Shown: positions 1 to 13,394 of the stretch, piece by piece
Layout of the letters: each line of letters begins with the position of its first letter
Position numbering within the stretch: the stretch's first letter is position 1
NCBI GenBank assembly: GCA_977017645.1
Contig: OZ360223.1
Coordinates: forward strand, 150,598,001-150,662,000
Direction of reading: 5' to 3'
DNA from: Torpedo marmorata
Lineage: Eukaryota
Length of the DNA stretch: 64,000 nt
Position numbers and translations under genes: made by a program
The notes under the pieces: model-generated
What the model saw: the letters and a program-made list of their open reading frames with translations, nothing else
Told to the model about the DNA's origin: nothing
Database searches by the model: none

Positions 1-196
1 ACTCAGCAGGGCTCGCAGCGTCCATTGGAGGTATAGATATATAACTGATGTTTTGGGCCTGAGCCCTTCTTCAAGGTATGAGAAGGGCTCATACCTTGAA
101 GAAGGGTTCAGGCTTGAATCTTCGGGTATATATTTTTACCTCCTATGGATGGTGCGAGACTTGCTGAGTTCCTCCAGCATTCTTGTGTTTTTACTA
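1..196. mobile_element. Palindromic Penelope-derived short element (two arms back to back, each with a degenerate hammerhead motif)
   Basis: gagcccttcttcaaggtatgag (61-82) is the near-perfect reverse complement of ctcataccttgaagaagggttc (88-109). Pairing extends outward (actcagca.. / ..tgctgagt). Same family as 30377, 45950 and 61683. The left arm is cut by the window edge. Confidence 0.8.
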
Positions 197-239
197 TAAG
201 ATAGTGAACCTCACAAATATAGACTTGGTTCCACATTTC

Positions 240-503
240 ACAGGAAAACTCTGTAGTAGGGGTTATCCTTATGTCCTGACAAATATTCATCCTGCAATTA
301 CCATCACAAAAACAGATTGCAGTATCCATGCAATCTGGTTATTAATGCATTGCTGTTTTTGGGAAGTTGGGAGAGTTTAGATTGATTTATTAGTGCTTTT
401 TCTACATTGCAATGGTGACTAAATGTGAAAGTACTTCATTGGTTGTAAAGTGTTCTTGTATGAGCCAAGACTGTGAAAAGTGATATATAAATGTAAGTCT
501 TTT
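240..503 (+). mobile_element. Old DeuSINE (SacSINE1/AmnSINE-like) 3' part with L2-type tail
   Basis: ggggttatccttatgtcctgacaaatattcatcc resembles the Deu domain end. The tail ..aaagtacttcattggttgtaaag..gatatataaatgtaagtc is L2-like. Confidence 0.6.
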
Positions 504-559
504 ATTTCAATTCACTTATAAAATGATTTTAGTGTGTGAGGATTTGCCACTTTAAGGAT

Positions 560-2300
560 GCTCGCACCCATTAAACGAATTCATAGATCTGAAACAGGAT
601 GCATGCTGTTGTTCAGCGTTACACTGTGCGATCGATTGCGTTTCAACATCAAATGGTACATTAAAGGTGATTGCTTTGGGGCTCCTATTGCGGGAAATAA
701 ACCAGAGGATTATGGCAGTTCTCTGGAAGAGTAACCCGTTCCACAGAAGTCCGTTCATGTGGTCTTTCCATTAACACTTTCCTGACAGGTGATGAACATT
801 TTACAGTGGAGGAATTGTTGGAATAGCAGAATTACTAGTGGATGCCGCCCGTTTATCTTAATATTGTTTTCATCTTTCTGAAAAATAAAGGAGCAAACTG
901 GCAAGCTTCGATAAGTGTTTTCTTAAACAACGTGCAACAGATGGGGCTGCACATACGGGGGGGCCGTTTCTTTAAAGCTTGCCTGTTCATTGAGCTCCAC
1001 TGGCTGCTCTGCAGGCGCACAGCCCCTTGCTCCCAGAGATAGCAGGGCAGTGACCAGAGCTGGTCAACTCGGTGATTGCACAGGAGTGGTTGACAATGCT
1101 CACAGAGAGCAAAATGGGAAGCCGTGTCTGTCAGTGCTGTTTCATTTTTCATCGGAGACACTCCTCAAGGGTGGAACGGGGCCCAAATCGATGAATGTGC
1201 TGCATTGCCTGAGTAGCCGTGTGTCTCGTGGGTCTGCTTCCCGGCGAGGGCAGAGCGCACACGGGCAACGCTGTGCTCCGTGGAGCCGCCAGCCCGCTGC
1301 TGCACTGCCTTCTGGAACTGCAGATTGCAATGGCCTGTGTTCTAGCGACATTCCTCAGTGCCAGACGCGTACAAAGTTCAAACAAGCAAGTGCACGGCGG
1401 TGAAACGTGATTCCCCGCCGCCTTGTCTGGAGGGCTTCTGTGGGAGTTCGGCGTCGCATTCCAGCATTCAGTGAGAGCAGGGCATTAAGGGGCTGCGCAG
1501 TTACATTCCTTCTGAAGGCGTAAAGCCCTGAACAAAGGATTAGAGGGGGGGGGGGGGGATAGATCATTGAAACACTCTTTGTTTTGTTCCATTATAACAA
1601 TCCACCCGCAATTCAGTCACTGAAGTTGAATAGTTTAAAGAAAACGTTGCAGGCTGTTCTAAAGCTTCGCGCCAGAGTATTCCGTTGCCTGGTCGTGTTC
1701 AACAACGACTGGCCGCGGAGAGGAATTGGAAGCCGGTAGCTCAGCCTGAAGTATTTGACTCAGAGAAAGTGCAGGCTTTGCACTTGAACTTGGGTCTGTT
1801 TTGTCTGGGCTCAGGCCAGTGCCTCCGGATCGAATAACACAAACACACAAGTAACTGCTCAATTTAAGATGGGGGAAGGGAAAGCAGTGATTGCAGTCTG
1901 ACTACTTCAGGTTTGAATTATTACTCTTGCCAGCCAGCCCTTAATGACCGGGAAAAGCCCAGGAGTTGAATTAGCAGGGCGCCCGAGGCAAGATGACTGG
2001 CTCGAACAGGGCTATAAAGTGGCGGGAACTGAAATAAGCAGAGTTAATCTTCATCACATCTCCAATTTAAATTCCATTCGGAATAGTTGTACTCTTGCTT
2101 CACGTTTTCCTTTAACCCTTTGAGCCCCATATTGTCTGAAACCGAACAAACCTTGCTTTTCAGATTGAGATAGGATCTGGTTTGCCATCGTTATTCTTTA
2201 GAGCTGCATTGACTGGAGATTTGCATGCTTGGAGTGCTTTCTCTCCCCCTCCCCGCGCCTCATCTATTCATATAAAGGGCTCAAAGGTCCTATATTCTGA
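560..2300. promoter_or_regulatory. CpG-retaining, repeat-free region; candidate promoter or enhancer
   Basis: Visibly more CpG and GC than the flanks, with no recognisable TE. TATAAA at 2013 and 2271, kB-like gggaaaagccc at 1950-1960, DR1-like ggctcaaaggtcc at 2278-2290. Confidence 0.4.
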
Positions 2301-4940
2301 TTGCAAGACATAGGCAGGACTAACCTTGCCCAGCCAGGATTTTCTGGGCATTGCCATGGCCTATTTTCTGAGCAGTTCAGTTCACGTCCTGGTTTTCATG
2401 CTCAGTGGCAGGGCCAATTCAGCTGGGCAACAGAAATCATCCCAGACTGATGGTCAGGTGGAACACTAGCACAGCTTTCCATTATGGGCTTTGGTACCTT
2501 GGACATCAGTGATTTTATTTAAGGGGGTCTCATACTTCAGTGCAAGTGCAGTTAAATGCAGAAGCCCAGAAGACATAAACAGGAGCAAAAGGAGACGTTT
2601 TGGCCCTTTGTAGCAGGTCCAGTATTTAAAAAGACCATCTTTTATCAGCATTACCTTTCTGGACTAACACCCATAGACCATGGAAAATGTACATCTGAAT
2701 TCAAGTTTCAGTCATTTATTTCGCACAAGGATCAGAGACAAGTGCAAAGTGCCTGTCTGGGATTCCTCCTCCCTCTGCTCATCAACATGTAAGTGACGGC
2801 AGAAGCTCTCTGGCTTTGGTGGGAAGGTTTTGGAGCATGTGGCAGACCACTATGAATATGAACATATGCTCTGCCAAGCTCTGCAGCACTTCCTCTCTGA
2901 TGGTGGCCACACATCTAAATTACTTCATTGTGGAGCACTTTAGAATGTCCTAAGTTTGTAAATCAAAATCCCACTTGCTTTCCATCAAGCTCAAGCTGGT
3001 GGTGGAATTCTTGTTTCAGCATGCTTCTGGGAAATATCTGGGAGCAAGTAGATCTGCTCCATCAGGTTTCATGTGGCAATGTGCCATTTACCATATGCCG
3101 GGTATCCATGCATGCACTGGAATAATGTTAGGTAATTAATCCTGGAAAGTCAGTCCTGCTTTACAAATGGAGCTGTGGCTCGAACAAGTGACAGATTTCA
3201 GCAAGGATGACCTTCCTATAACAGACACCTCACACATCATTCCTTATTGAGTTTCAAGAAGGAAAATTGGTCCCTGAACACCCTAGGTGAATATATCCTC
3301 TTAATGACTATCTTTCTAGCACTCCCCAACCCATCTTGTAATAGCCAATGCTGTTCTTTCTTCCATTCATGTTGTACTGCAGAGAATGCCCAACTCACTT
3401 CCCCATATCTGAGAGCAAGGAGATTGGGCAGAAATCTTTGAAGTCACTAATGGTTCTGTAGTACCTGGCACACCTCTCTGTAGACTTCTGCAATTTGAAT
3501 CAACTCCATAAAGCACCAATTATTGTCGCATTATGGCAACAGCCAGAGAGAAAAAAAATAACAGCAACTGAGCTGCCAGACTTGATTAGCCTGTTTGTAT
3601 GTGAGGGAGTTTGGTGTCATCCTTCCTCCTGTTGAATGTGTGTTTAGCTAAGTCAGGATAAGAACAGGCATTGTTTGGAGTTCAGGGTCCTAAAATAAGA
3701 ATGCAGGCATTGAATCAGCATTCCACATGAAAAATAAATCTCTTGATTGTTGAATTTACTGCAAACAATTGTTAATTTGTGGTAGGGAGGGGGAAGATTT
3801 ATTAACAGCATTCTGGCCCCATGAATGTATCCCCATGATGTAGATGTACTTTTGAGCTCAGAGGTTACTTGTGACATCCATAAAACAGACAGCAATGATC
3901 CAAAAATTTTCTAGTTAATCCAAACCTGTGAATACTTCTGCCAATGTTTTAATTCATGTTCTTCATTTTTACTGTACGCATTATCTGTCAAATGCATTGT
4001 TGGAAACATCTGGTTTAACACAAGATTTTGGAAATAATTTGCACATTTACATAATCCCATTTGATTTTGAATCTCATGTAGATCATTGGTTCATTAAAAT
4101 TTTTAAAATATTCTAATATTTGGAAAATTGCACTGTTTTTGTTATGGTGCCATTGTAAATTACAATAAACACAGTAACTGCATTAACTATTAGCTCATCA
4201 AAGCATTTGGAAACAACATTCCATACATCAAAACCCATGACACTTGTAATCAATGCTCGACTGGTTGCTCCATTTGTAATCTTTGCATTGATGGGTTATG
4301 TGTGCAAAATAAATCTATACATTTCTGGTAAGAAAAAAATGTACAATGAATAATACAACAAGTCATTATAGTATGCCTACTTGAACATGGTATCTTTTAG
4401 TTATTTTATACTGGGGAATGACTATTTTCTGAAGCTGTGACGTTGTGCTAAGTTGGACAGGTTTAATGCAGATTCAAACTGGAACTAAGGTAGACAGAAT
4501 GAAACTGGTGCAGTGAATTCTCTGATTTGATTGAAGTCTGTCTTGAAATTCTGCAGCTTACCCCACAGAAACAAAGTATGTTCCTCTACTGGATGTTTTC
4601 ACAGCTTTCCATGTTAAAGGGTATGGGATTCTGTCACCCATTCTTTATCTTCCTATAAATATGCTTTTAATTGTAACATGAAATAAATGTAATGATTTCT
4701 GTTTGTTTGCATCAATAATTCTACACATTTGCCATCTGTTGCTAGTGAGGCAAACTGTGCAATATTGTGATTAAACGATGGGTAAGAATCAGTACTCCTG
4801 GCATTAACTCGACCTGACACTCAAGAGTTCCAACAAACTGCACAATATAGTGTGTATTTTTAGGAATATTTTAAACAGTATAATTCATTAGCAGATATCC
4901 CATGATGCCCCATTTGATTGCACACAGTAAGTTGAAAAAC

Positions 4941-5115
4941 AGAATCAGAATTTATTGTCATGAACATGTCACGAAATTCGTTGTTTTGCGGCAGCATCAC
5001 AGTGCAAACGTTTATATAAATCACCTTACAAAATAAATTAAAATAGTGCAAGAAAAAGAAAAAGTCAAAGTAAATCAGTGTCTGTTGTTCATTATTCATT
5101 CATTCATTCAGAAAT
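4941..5115 (-). mobile_element. Rex1/Babar LINE 3' end fragment
   Basis: agaatcagaatttattgtcatgaac..gaaattcg..ttttgcggcagcatca matches the 3' end of the RT-bearing copy at 47131. Confidence 0.85.
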
Positions 5116-6574
5116 GCATAACTAACGATATTATTGGTGCTAATGAAGTTAATTTGAAGGTTGCCCGTCTCCTTCAGACCACAAAATCTGCTACTTAATA
5201 CAGTCTGAGACCAATTTAAAGATATTGTCGCTGAAGAAATATGCAACAGGAAAAGGACTGCAGAGCAGAACATTTTCAGAAAGAAAAAACCCAAATAGCT
5301 GGCTTCTTTTTACATAATTTTACATCGATCTGTGATGTCTGAAGTGTTACAATGTTGTGGTTTTCAGGACATTTCTTTTTGCATGGAACTTGCATTTCCT
5401 GATGCTCTGCTGAATATGTCAAGCATTGTTCATGCTGCTTTTTGAACTCAGTTCAAAGAATATCTCTAATTAAATGTGTCTGCTCCCAGGACAAATTTTG
5501 CTGCTCCATTTGAATTAAGTTTACAACAGAGTTGTCGCAGCCTTGTGCTGGTTTCTTAATTATTTTTGTTGTACAAAAAATGGAATTTTTAAGGAGCTAA
5601 TATTCCACATCTTTTAACATCACAAAGTAGCAATGCTTCAATGGGTTGCAGTAACAATAAGCTGCCAGTCCAAATATTTAACAGAGCACATGTAAATTAG
5701 ATTTAGCCAGCTTGTAACTCTCGGCATCTGGTCCACATCAGTATACAGTATCTTTTCTTTTTTTAAGAAACTCTAATGCCATCAATTCCACTATCAATTC
5801 ATGGAAAACTCCCAAATATTGTCAAGACTTGCTAACACTTCACACTTAACCGAATTGTACAAATGGCAATGATAAACAGTACCAAATGCTTTAAGATCAT
5901 TTGAAGTTATAGAATTTATGTTAGCATAGGTTTAATTGTAGCAGTAGTATGTCTGTTTTGTTTTTACCATCCTGGATTATTTTTATGTAATAGCAAAGGC
6001 AATGAAATGGTTTTCAATGGTCATTTGTTCAAAGTACAATGTAAGTAAATTGGAATACTCAAGTTATTGAAAAACACATCTATTTTAAGCAAATAAAGAA
6101 ACAAGCATTTGACATTAATCATGCATAAAAATACAGTTAGCAAATATCTTTTCATTTGGGCAAAAAGATTAAAATTCTACTGATTTTCTGTAACATTTTA
6201 GAACTGTCACAATTTATGGTGTATTTTCTACCATTGTAGTTGAAAAAAATCTAAATATTGCCAAGGTTAACACAAGATAACTAAAGATAGCAAATATAAT
6301 GTGATTTTTAAATACCATCTATTTTATATTTCTTTGTCCCAAGTAAAACCTTCTAACATAGTTTTACCAGTGTACCTCGGCTGGGATAAACCTTGGCCAG
6401 AGTTATGGCTTATGAATAATGAGTTGAAAATTGGTCAGAGCTCCCATTCCAAAATGGTTATATAAGTATCTGGACATTGGTTGGGACAGGATGAGGCAAG
6501 CCTGATGAGATTATCCACAATTAGAAAGGATGCTATCAACCAACCCTTCTGCCAGTCTTCTATTAATTGTAAGG

Positions 6575-6840
6575 AAACGAGCTGCTGGAGGAACTCAAAG
6601 TGTCAGGCATCATTCAAGGGCAGAAATAGCGTTTCGGGGTGGGGCCCTTTATAGAGAAAAAAGTAAAATGGGGATATTACTTATATGAAGAGGGAAAAGG
6701 TTTTACTCTACCATAGTCTCGATAAAGAGTCCTGACCCAAAACGATGACTGACTATTTTTACACATGGATGCTGCCTGACACGCTGAGTTCCTCCAGCAT
6801 CTCATTGTTTTCACAAATTCCAGCATCTGCAGTCTTTACA
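6575..6840. mobile_element. Older inverted-arm Penelope-derived element
   Basis: gctggaggaactca (left arm) and tgagttcctccagc (right arm) are inverted. The hammerhead-region motifs are degenerate. Confidence 0.7.
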
Positions 6841-6851
6841 TTTTTTATTTA

Positions 6852-7155
6852 TTTCAGATTTATTGTCAGAGTACATACATGACATCACATACAACCCTGA
6901 GATTCCTTTTTCCTGCGGGCGCAGCAGAATTACCACTAATTGGTAGTGCAAAAAATAAACTGTTCACAGCGTAAACATGTAACCAAATAAAAGAACTGTA
7001 AATAGATAACGAATGTAAAAAAACTGACTGTGCAATACAGAGAGAACAAAGAAAATCAATAAAGTGCACAAGAGTCCTTAAATGAGTCTCTGTTTGACTT
7101 TGTCGTTCAGGATTCTGATGGTGGAGGGGTAGCAGCTGTTTCTGAACCTGGTGGA
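6852..7155 (-). mobile_element. Rex1-like LINE 3' fragment (second family)
   Basis: The minus strand ends ..tgacaataaatctgaaat. Upstream ttcaggattctgatggtggaggggtagcagctgtt parallels the Rex1 ORF end at 47290. Confidence 0.65.
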
Positions 7156-8865
7156 ACCTGTTACCTTTGCCACTGAAAAAGCGTAAGTCTTAAAGTCATA
7201 CTTGCACAGAATGATATAAATTTAGTAAATTATTCCAATCTTTAAGAATTCTGACGATCATTCAAAAGCTTTTAAAAATTCAAGATGAGTATTGAAATGG
7301 AAGGCAGTCAGTTAATATACAATTTAGCATCCTTTCTCCACACCTGCTTTATGAAAGGAATGATCCTAAAAGCAATTTCCACAAAGGAAAAACTGAAGTG
7401 CAAATTAAGTCAGGAAAAACAATTAAATAGTTTTTTCTCTCTCTCAAAATCTCCCTGCCCCCTTTAATTTGCACATTATCTTCTTGCGGTCTATACATTA
7501 CTTGCAAATGAACTGAGTTCTTGGTGAAGTTTATTTTGAATGATGAATTTCTGCAATAACCCTTTTCTGTGCATTAAAATAAAATTAAAATAGTTTCATG
7601 ATCTCAGACAGGGAAGGGAAGATGGTGGGAATAAAATGAACACCACTGACCTGAGAGACTATAATATACTAAAAATACTTTTTTATAAAGTTTCTTTCAC
7701 AAACTTGGCATTTCCTAAAGAGCTTTAAAACCAATAGTAAATTAGGTATTAGGGGCTGAAGAAGTGGGAAACATAGTTCAAGGAGTTTTGTGCAGAATTT
7801 AGGTAGTTGCCAATTAAAGAAAACTAAATGAATAAGAATCTGGATTGAGGGAGATTTATCAGTATAATGGTATGGAATATCCTCAGCTGAAAGGCCGAAC
7901 ATAAAACATGATACCTTAAATACTCAAACACCAGCAAAGCATTTTGTTTATCAGTATGATAAAAGATTATAGCAAGTTATTAAAACCACTTCATTATCAT
8001 CTGCCACATGCATAGAATAAGCAAAACCTCAATTTTTTTTTCCAATCCAAAGTTTATTTTTTGTTATATTTTTATCATACATAAATACACAGCTCAGTGA
8101 AAAGAAATCATTCGGTGGAAGACATGGTGTATTCTGCAAACTGAGCTGGAACTCTTGAAGATATTGGTGATGATGATTTGATATTATGCAACATTACTGC
8201 AGCAATTTAGAAACTAATAGAGTTGGGGCTAAGCCAGACACAGCAGCTGAATTCAGCACCAATCATGCACAGCAAGTTCAGTTGGAGCTTGGTGAAAAGA
8301 ATACTCCAACTGGCTCAAGTCCCAATAGCTTGAACCAGAAAGCATTTTTTATTTACTCCAACCAGGACCAACTATTCAGATAATTAATTTCATTCAATTC
8401 CTTGAACGAATCTTTCTTTGCATTAGGCTAGTTCAGCCTCTTCAGATTTCAGATCTACAGTCATCTGGTAAAAAGCATCTCAATTTGAAACATCTGTTTC
8501 ATGACAAACAGGAATTCTTATCTGTTTCAACAGTGAAAGATTTGGAAAGAATGTTCATTCAGTAATTATCACCTTTTAACCAACAAATCTCGATCACACA
8601 GATCAAGACTTTCAGGAAGTCTCAACAGTATATTTGTTAAAATCCTATTTCAGTGTTTCAATACATTGATCAATTCTAGACGAGGGTTCTATCATCGCAT
8701 GATTTGCGGTAACTATGAGCAAATAACATTAATTGCTGATGTCCACATATGAAAGCATGCAAACTGTAAATAAACATTATCTTTGCTCAAATCATCCTTG
8801 GAACATTACCTACCCCAGCCCTGTATGTCCAATGTAGATGTTATTGGTGCCGTTGCTAAAATCTG

Positions 8866-8944
8866 GGCCACAGTTGCATTCATTGTTCAGCGAGCTTTAC
8901 TATATAGTTAAACCCACCGACAGCAATGAATGTTGATTGTGACC
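8866..8944 (-). ncRNA. mir181b: pre-miR-181b hairpin (b-1-like)
   Basis: Minus strand 8934-8912 reads AACATTCATTGCTGTCGGTGGGT, the mature miR-181b-5p. The 3p arm CTCGCTGAACAATGAATGCAAC lies at 8894-8873. Basal stem GGTCACAAT / ACTGTGGCC as in vertebrate mir-181b-1. Confidence 0.97.
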
Positions 8945-9082
8945 TTTGCAGGAACTTGTTTTCCACGTTCCCCAAAATTATCTTTAATGACCGTGTTAGA
9001 ATCCATCATAACAAACAGAAAATAGGTTTCAGGCTAATTTATGTGGCCTGTGAAACGAGCCCAAAGGCAGTTGGAGGAGGCT

Positions 9083-9162
9083 GGCTACAAGGTACAATCA
9101 ACGGTCGATGGTTTCTCCAATAGCATCAAACTCACCGACAGCGTTGAATGTTCCCTAAAGCC
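9083..9162 (-). ncRNA. mir181a: pre-miR-181a hairpin (a-1-like)
   Basis: Minus strand 9152-9130 reads AACATTCAACGCTGTCGGTGAGT (miR-181a-5p). 9112-9091 reads ACCATCGACCGTTGATTGTACC (miR-181a-1-3p / miR-213). Basal stem GGCT/AGCC. Confidence 0.97.
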
Positions 9163-12100
9163 ACCAGTAAATAGAACAATTTAAAGTGAGGAAAAAGTCT
9201 GGTTCTGAGTGGGGTCTAATTCATTGTCTGTGGCATGCAATTATTTTGCAATTTTCTGGCACAAAGGTAGTCTAATCAGTTAAATCTGCAAAAAATGGCA
9301 AGAATTCAAAGCAAAGAGCTCACAAAGAACATTCTCCAGTTGAATAAATCATTTTAGAAATTTTTAAAATCTGTTTTCATGCAGAAGAAATCCCTTGCTA
9401 TTGCGAAGTGCATGGCCATAACAAAGAAAGGAAGCAATGATTGATTGCTTTCACTGAAAGACATTTTCCCTCAACCACCCCCCTTTCTCCCATCCCCACA
9501 CCTTTAACCCCCACCACCACTCCTATGCAGAAACAAAACATAAACCATAAAGAATGGAAAGTTTGGGAGTAAAAGGCAATTAAATGAACAATAGTGACAG
9601 CAAGAAATACATCTTACAAAGAAATTCCTTTTCAAATAGCATGCTTTTTAACTAACACACTGCATTGCCTGTGGATAAAAGTATGGAATCTGCACAAAGG
9701 AAATAGATGATTAATCATACAGACATTGAAAGGCTGTATTTAAAATGTTTGCACAAAGGCAGAATCCACATAGAATATTTAACCCACAGCAGTTATCATC
9801 AGCATGGCTTTTTGCTGTTAGATGGCATAAGAGGGAGACCACACCACATGCGAATGATGCTGTTTTGCATGATTACAGTCTGTTTATGGTAAAGTAGGTT
9901 AGCGTGACCTATTCAGGTTCTGCGTTTTATGTTACAGCTTGGCATCTGTTTAAATAGTTGTAAATTCCCTGTGTTTGCAACAAGTAAATACAAGGAGCTT
10001 CTTTTTCGAGCTAAATACAGAAAAGGCTCTGGCAGATTTTAAACTCAAACTGAGTAGTAGAAAAACCACTTGACTGAGGTCTAAAGAATGATGTGAGATG
10101 GATTTGTAATATAATGGCAGCAAGCAAGTACGACGGCAGTTTGACATACTTGTATAAAAGTCTTCTATGAACTTTTGTGTGACAATACCTTTCTTCCGTT
10201 GTAAGATGCTAAAGTGTGTGGGAGTGCAGGCAAGTGTGCATGATTGTATAGATTATAAGACACATTAAAAGCAGTATATGAAACCAAGAACATTGGACTG
10301 TACCTGTGAGTTGTTTGAACCCATTTTGGTTATGAGGAATGATATAAATTTTCCACTCGTATGGTTTGAGCAGAGTATAATTATAAAAGATTTGCAAATC
10401 TGTAGTTTCCACAACTGGGTCTTAAGGGTTAGGGTGACCCAGACACAAGAAATGTTTCAGTGCTTAGGTCAAGGATTAAACTGCTGCTGTAATAAACAAA
10501 ATGCAATGAAAACAACTTTATTGTAGTAAGTGTATCAGCAAAGTCGCAAGTACTTGCTTAGTTGTTTCAATTTGTTCAAGATTGTTGATGATAGGAAGAT
10601 GTTCAATTTCATTTGTAAAGTAAAACAACAACAAAAAATGCTTAAATGTTATTAACATGACCCCTGGCGCTCCCTGAACAATAATAAAACAGGATTGGCG
10701 GGGGTGGGGGGGGGGAAGATTCCAGGATACTTGGAAAATGTTTACTGCCATTGAGGAAGAGACTCCATGGAATCTGCTGCACTTTTCACAGGAGTTCTTG
10801 TCATAGAATGCAAGAAGAGTAGTAATGGAAAGATTTAAGTGATATTCCCAGGATCCTCTCTGCCATCCAAAATACTTAGAAATTAGCTATAAATGAAACA
10901 TGGATAGATTGTACAATGGGTTACAAACTGTCAACATTTGCTTTGGTAAGGATGATCAGGATGAATGTTGGCCCACATGCCAAGAGAAGTCCCTGCTTTT
11001 CTAAATAATGACAGATGATTGCTCTACAGTCTCTCTCCTCCCATTTGGTAGGTGATGCCTCTGACCGTTTGACACTCGATTGGCATTGAACTGGTGTGTC
11101 CACAATTCCTCAACGTCTCTGGTGAAGCCCCAAACCTTTTACTTCCCATTAGCAAATCAAACTAAAATAATGAATAACTTTTGAAAAGATTGCTGAACAA
11201 CATGCAAGTCCAATTGATAACAATTGTCAACATCTGTTCATTTTTTAAGATTGGAATTCTTTTTAAAAAAGGTAATCTTGACCTTTTGAATAACTGCTTG
11301 GCTTTGACATTGTTCAATAGCAAATGTTGATTCTCAGGATAACAGAAGATGTCAGTTCTCAGTGCTTATGTCATCGCAGTGGGATTTGATTTGTTTACTT
11401 CCTTCCAGCCAACACAGGGAGTAGCTTTCTTAATGATCAGGTTCAAATATAACTGCAGCTTGCACCCTAGGGTCAAGTCTGGCAAGGGTGAAGCAGCCAA
11501 GATAATGGCTTAAAGATGTGATTTCCCTTGTTTGCTTTTCTGGAAAGTTTTCAGTATAATGCACAAGTGACTGACTTTCATAATTAATTAAACCATATTC
11601 ATGAACACTCAAATGTCAAATGGTCTCCAAAATACATTGAACACAGTAAATAATCCAGTCAAAATTGAATTATTGCCCTTCCTGGCTGGAATCAGAATGA
11701 AAATGTTGATTGGATGGAAATGGAGGGAGGAGAGTGATGATAATAATTTGTTGGAGCATAGTTGAGCAACCATTTTGGAATGATTTCAATTGTCTGCTTT
11801 GCACATTAGACCTGCAAGCTTTTATTATGTTTGGCAATTGGAACTTTAAAATAATACCCTGTTTAGAGAATTGATTTATTTTACATTACATTGTGTATAT
11901 GCAGAACTCCAACTCTATTGAAATTATATGACAGAAGATTCAGGGAGGAGCTGGTGGGTGTGAGTTGGTGGCATGTTGCCTAATTTGGTTCACACTGGCA
12001 GGGCAGCCCAAGTTGTCTGAAGCTGTGAGCTCGGTCTGATACTGAATGCACAGAGCGACTTACTTCTAAATGGCATTTCCTCAGTGAACGTCCACTGTTC

Positions 12101-13394
12101 GGGGGGTGGGGGGGGGGGTCAGAAACCTGCCTCCTGCTGGCTGATCTGGGGTCCACAGAGATCATGGCCACAAAGAATTCCACCCTCAACAGCCCTCCTC
12201 CAACGGTGGTTGGAACAATGGGCTGCCATGGAAATCTGTGGAGATAAAGACATTAAATCGAAGTGCAAGCAAAATGAAATCTCCAGCACACAGGTCAATG
12301 ATCTTTTCCAGTCTGCAGATCTGTGCTCAATCCCTCCTCTCTGCTTCACTTGCATTTCAAGTTTCGCCCTTCTTTTTAACATATTTGAAGATCATTTCAC
12401 AGATTCAATATGAATGCCAAGAGGGGCAGAAGGATTAAGGATGTTCCTAACCCTTCAGTGTTAACCCAGAGTCTCCAGGCACTTGAGATTAATCACCTCG
12501 CCACTGGTCTAGGTAACCAAGAAGAAAAATAGGTGCTGACCCAGCAGCACAGTTGGAGGGAGAAGGAAATGTGATGGATAAGACCCAGTCACATTTGGCT
12601 CTCAATACCGGGTCATCCAAAGCTGTGCTAAGCATTTCACGATAATCAGGTTTATTGTCAGCCAGATTAATGAGTAAAGCTGATTACAGTGAAAACCATT
12701 TTATTGGGTAGAGATGTATTTTTGCAAGCATATGGAAGGACTGGAATCTGCAGATGTTGTGCTCCAACAAAGTATATTCAAATGAAACCTCTGGCAAGCT
12801 AACTCCGGTGAACAGTGTTCATCTTGTGGCCCTCAGGTGTCAAAAGCTTGTTTGTTTTAGTCCTGAGGAATAGCTTTCAATCAGACCTGTGAGGAGGATA
12901 AAAGCTGTGCATTTAAACTGCTACTAACTGGGACTTTTCCTTTTGTTCAGTGGAATAAGTTGCAACAGAGCTTATGATTCATGTTCACCATCATAACTCG
13001 CACTGAATTCTATCTCCTGTGAGTGCCGTCAGCTGTGGCTTCTGTGGTGGGTCAAGTTTCAGTCCTTATTTCAATCAGCTCAACTGACCTTCAGGTATTT
13101 GCTTAAAGACCAGATAATTGGAAAACCCGCACCGCATCAAAGGCTCAGAAAAGATGCTGAGTCATGCTAATGACTAATAATTATGCATCGTCGTTGGAAG
13201 TATCAAATTCATCTCATGGCCAATGAGCAGAAGAAATATATTCGGAAGTTGCACTTTGATCATTACGCAGATTTTTTCTAAATAATGGAATTGAGAATGA
13301 CTGCATTTCAAGTGTGAAAAACAAAGAAACTTATAACTAAAGACCATGTGTAATCAAAGAGGAACATGAGTGTGTTTGATTGTGGTCATGAAGT

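Noticed and set aside
990-1410. Faint nanos zinc-finger-like words (QNG, LK..G, AHT), tempting because miR-181c/d neighbours NANOS3
   Set aside because: The CCHC cysteines are missing, the words fall in different frames and the strand is opposite to the expected one. Most likely chance.
2730-2795. Possible exon ending at CAT|gtaagt
   Set aside because: The acceptor is weak, and there is no recognisable peptide or partner exon.
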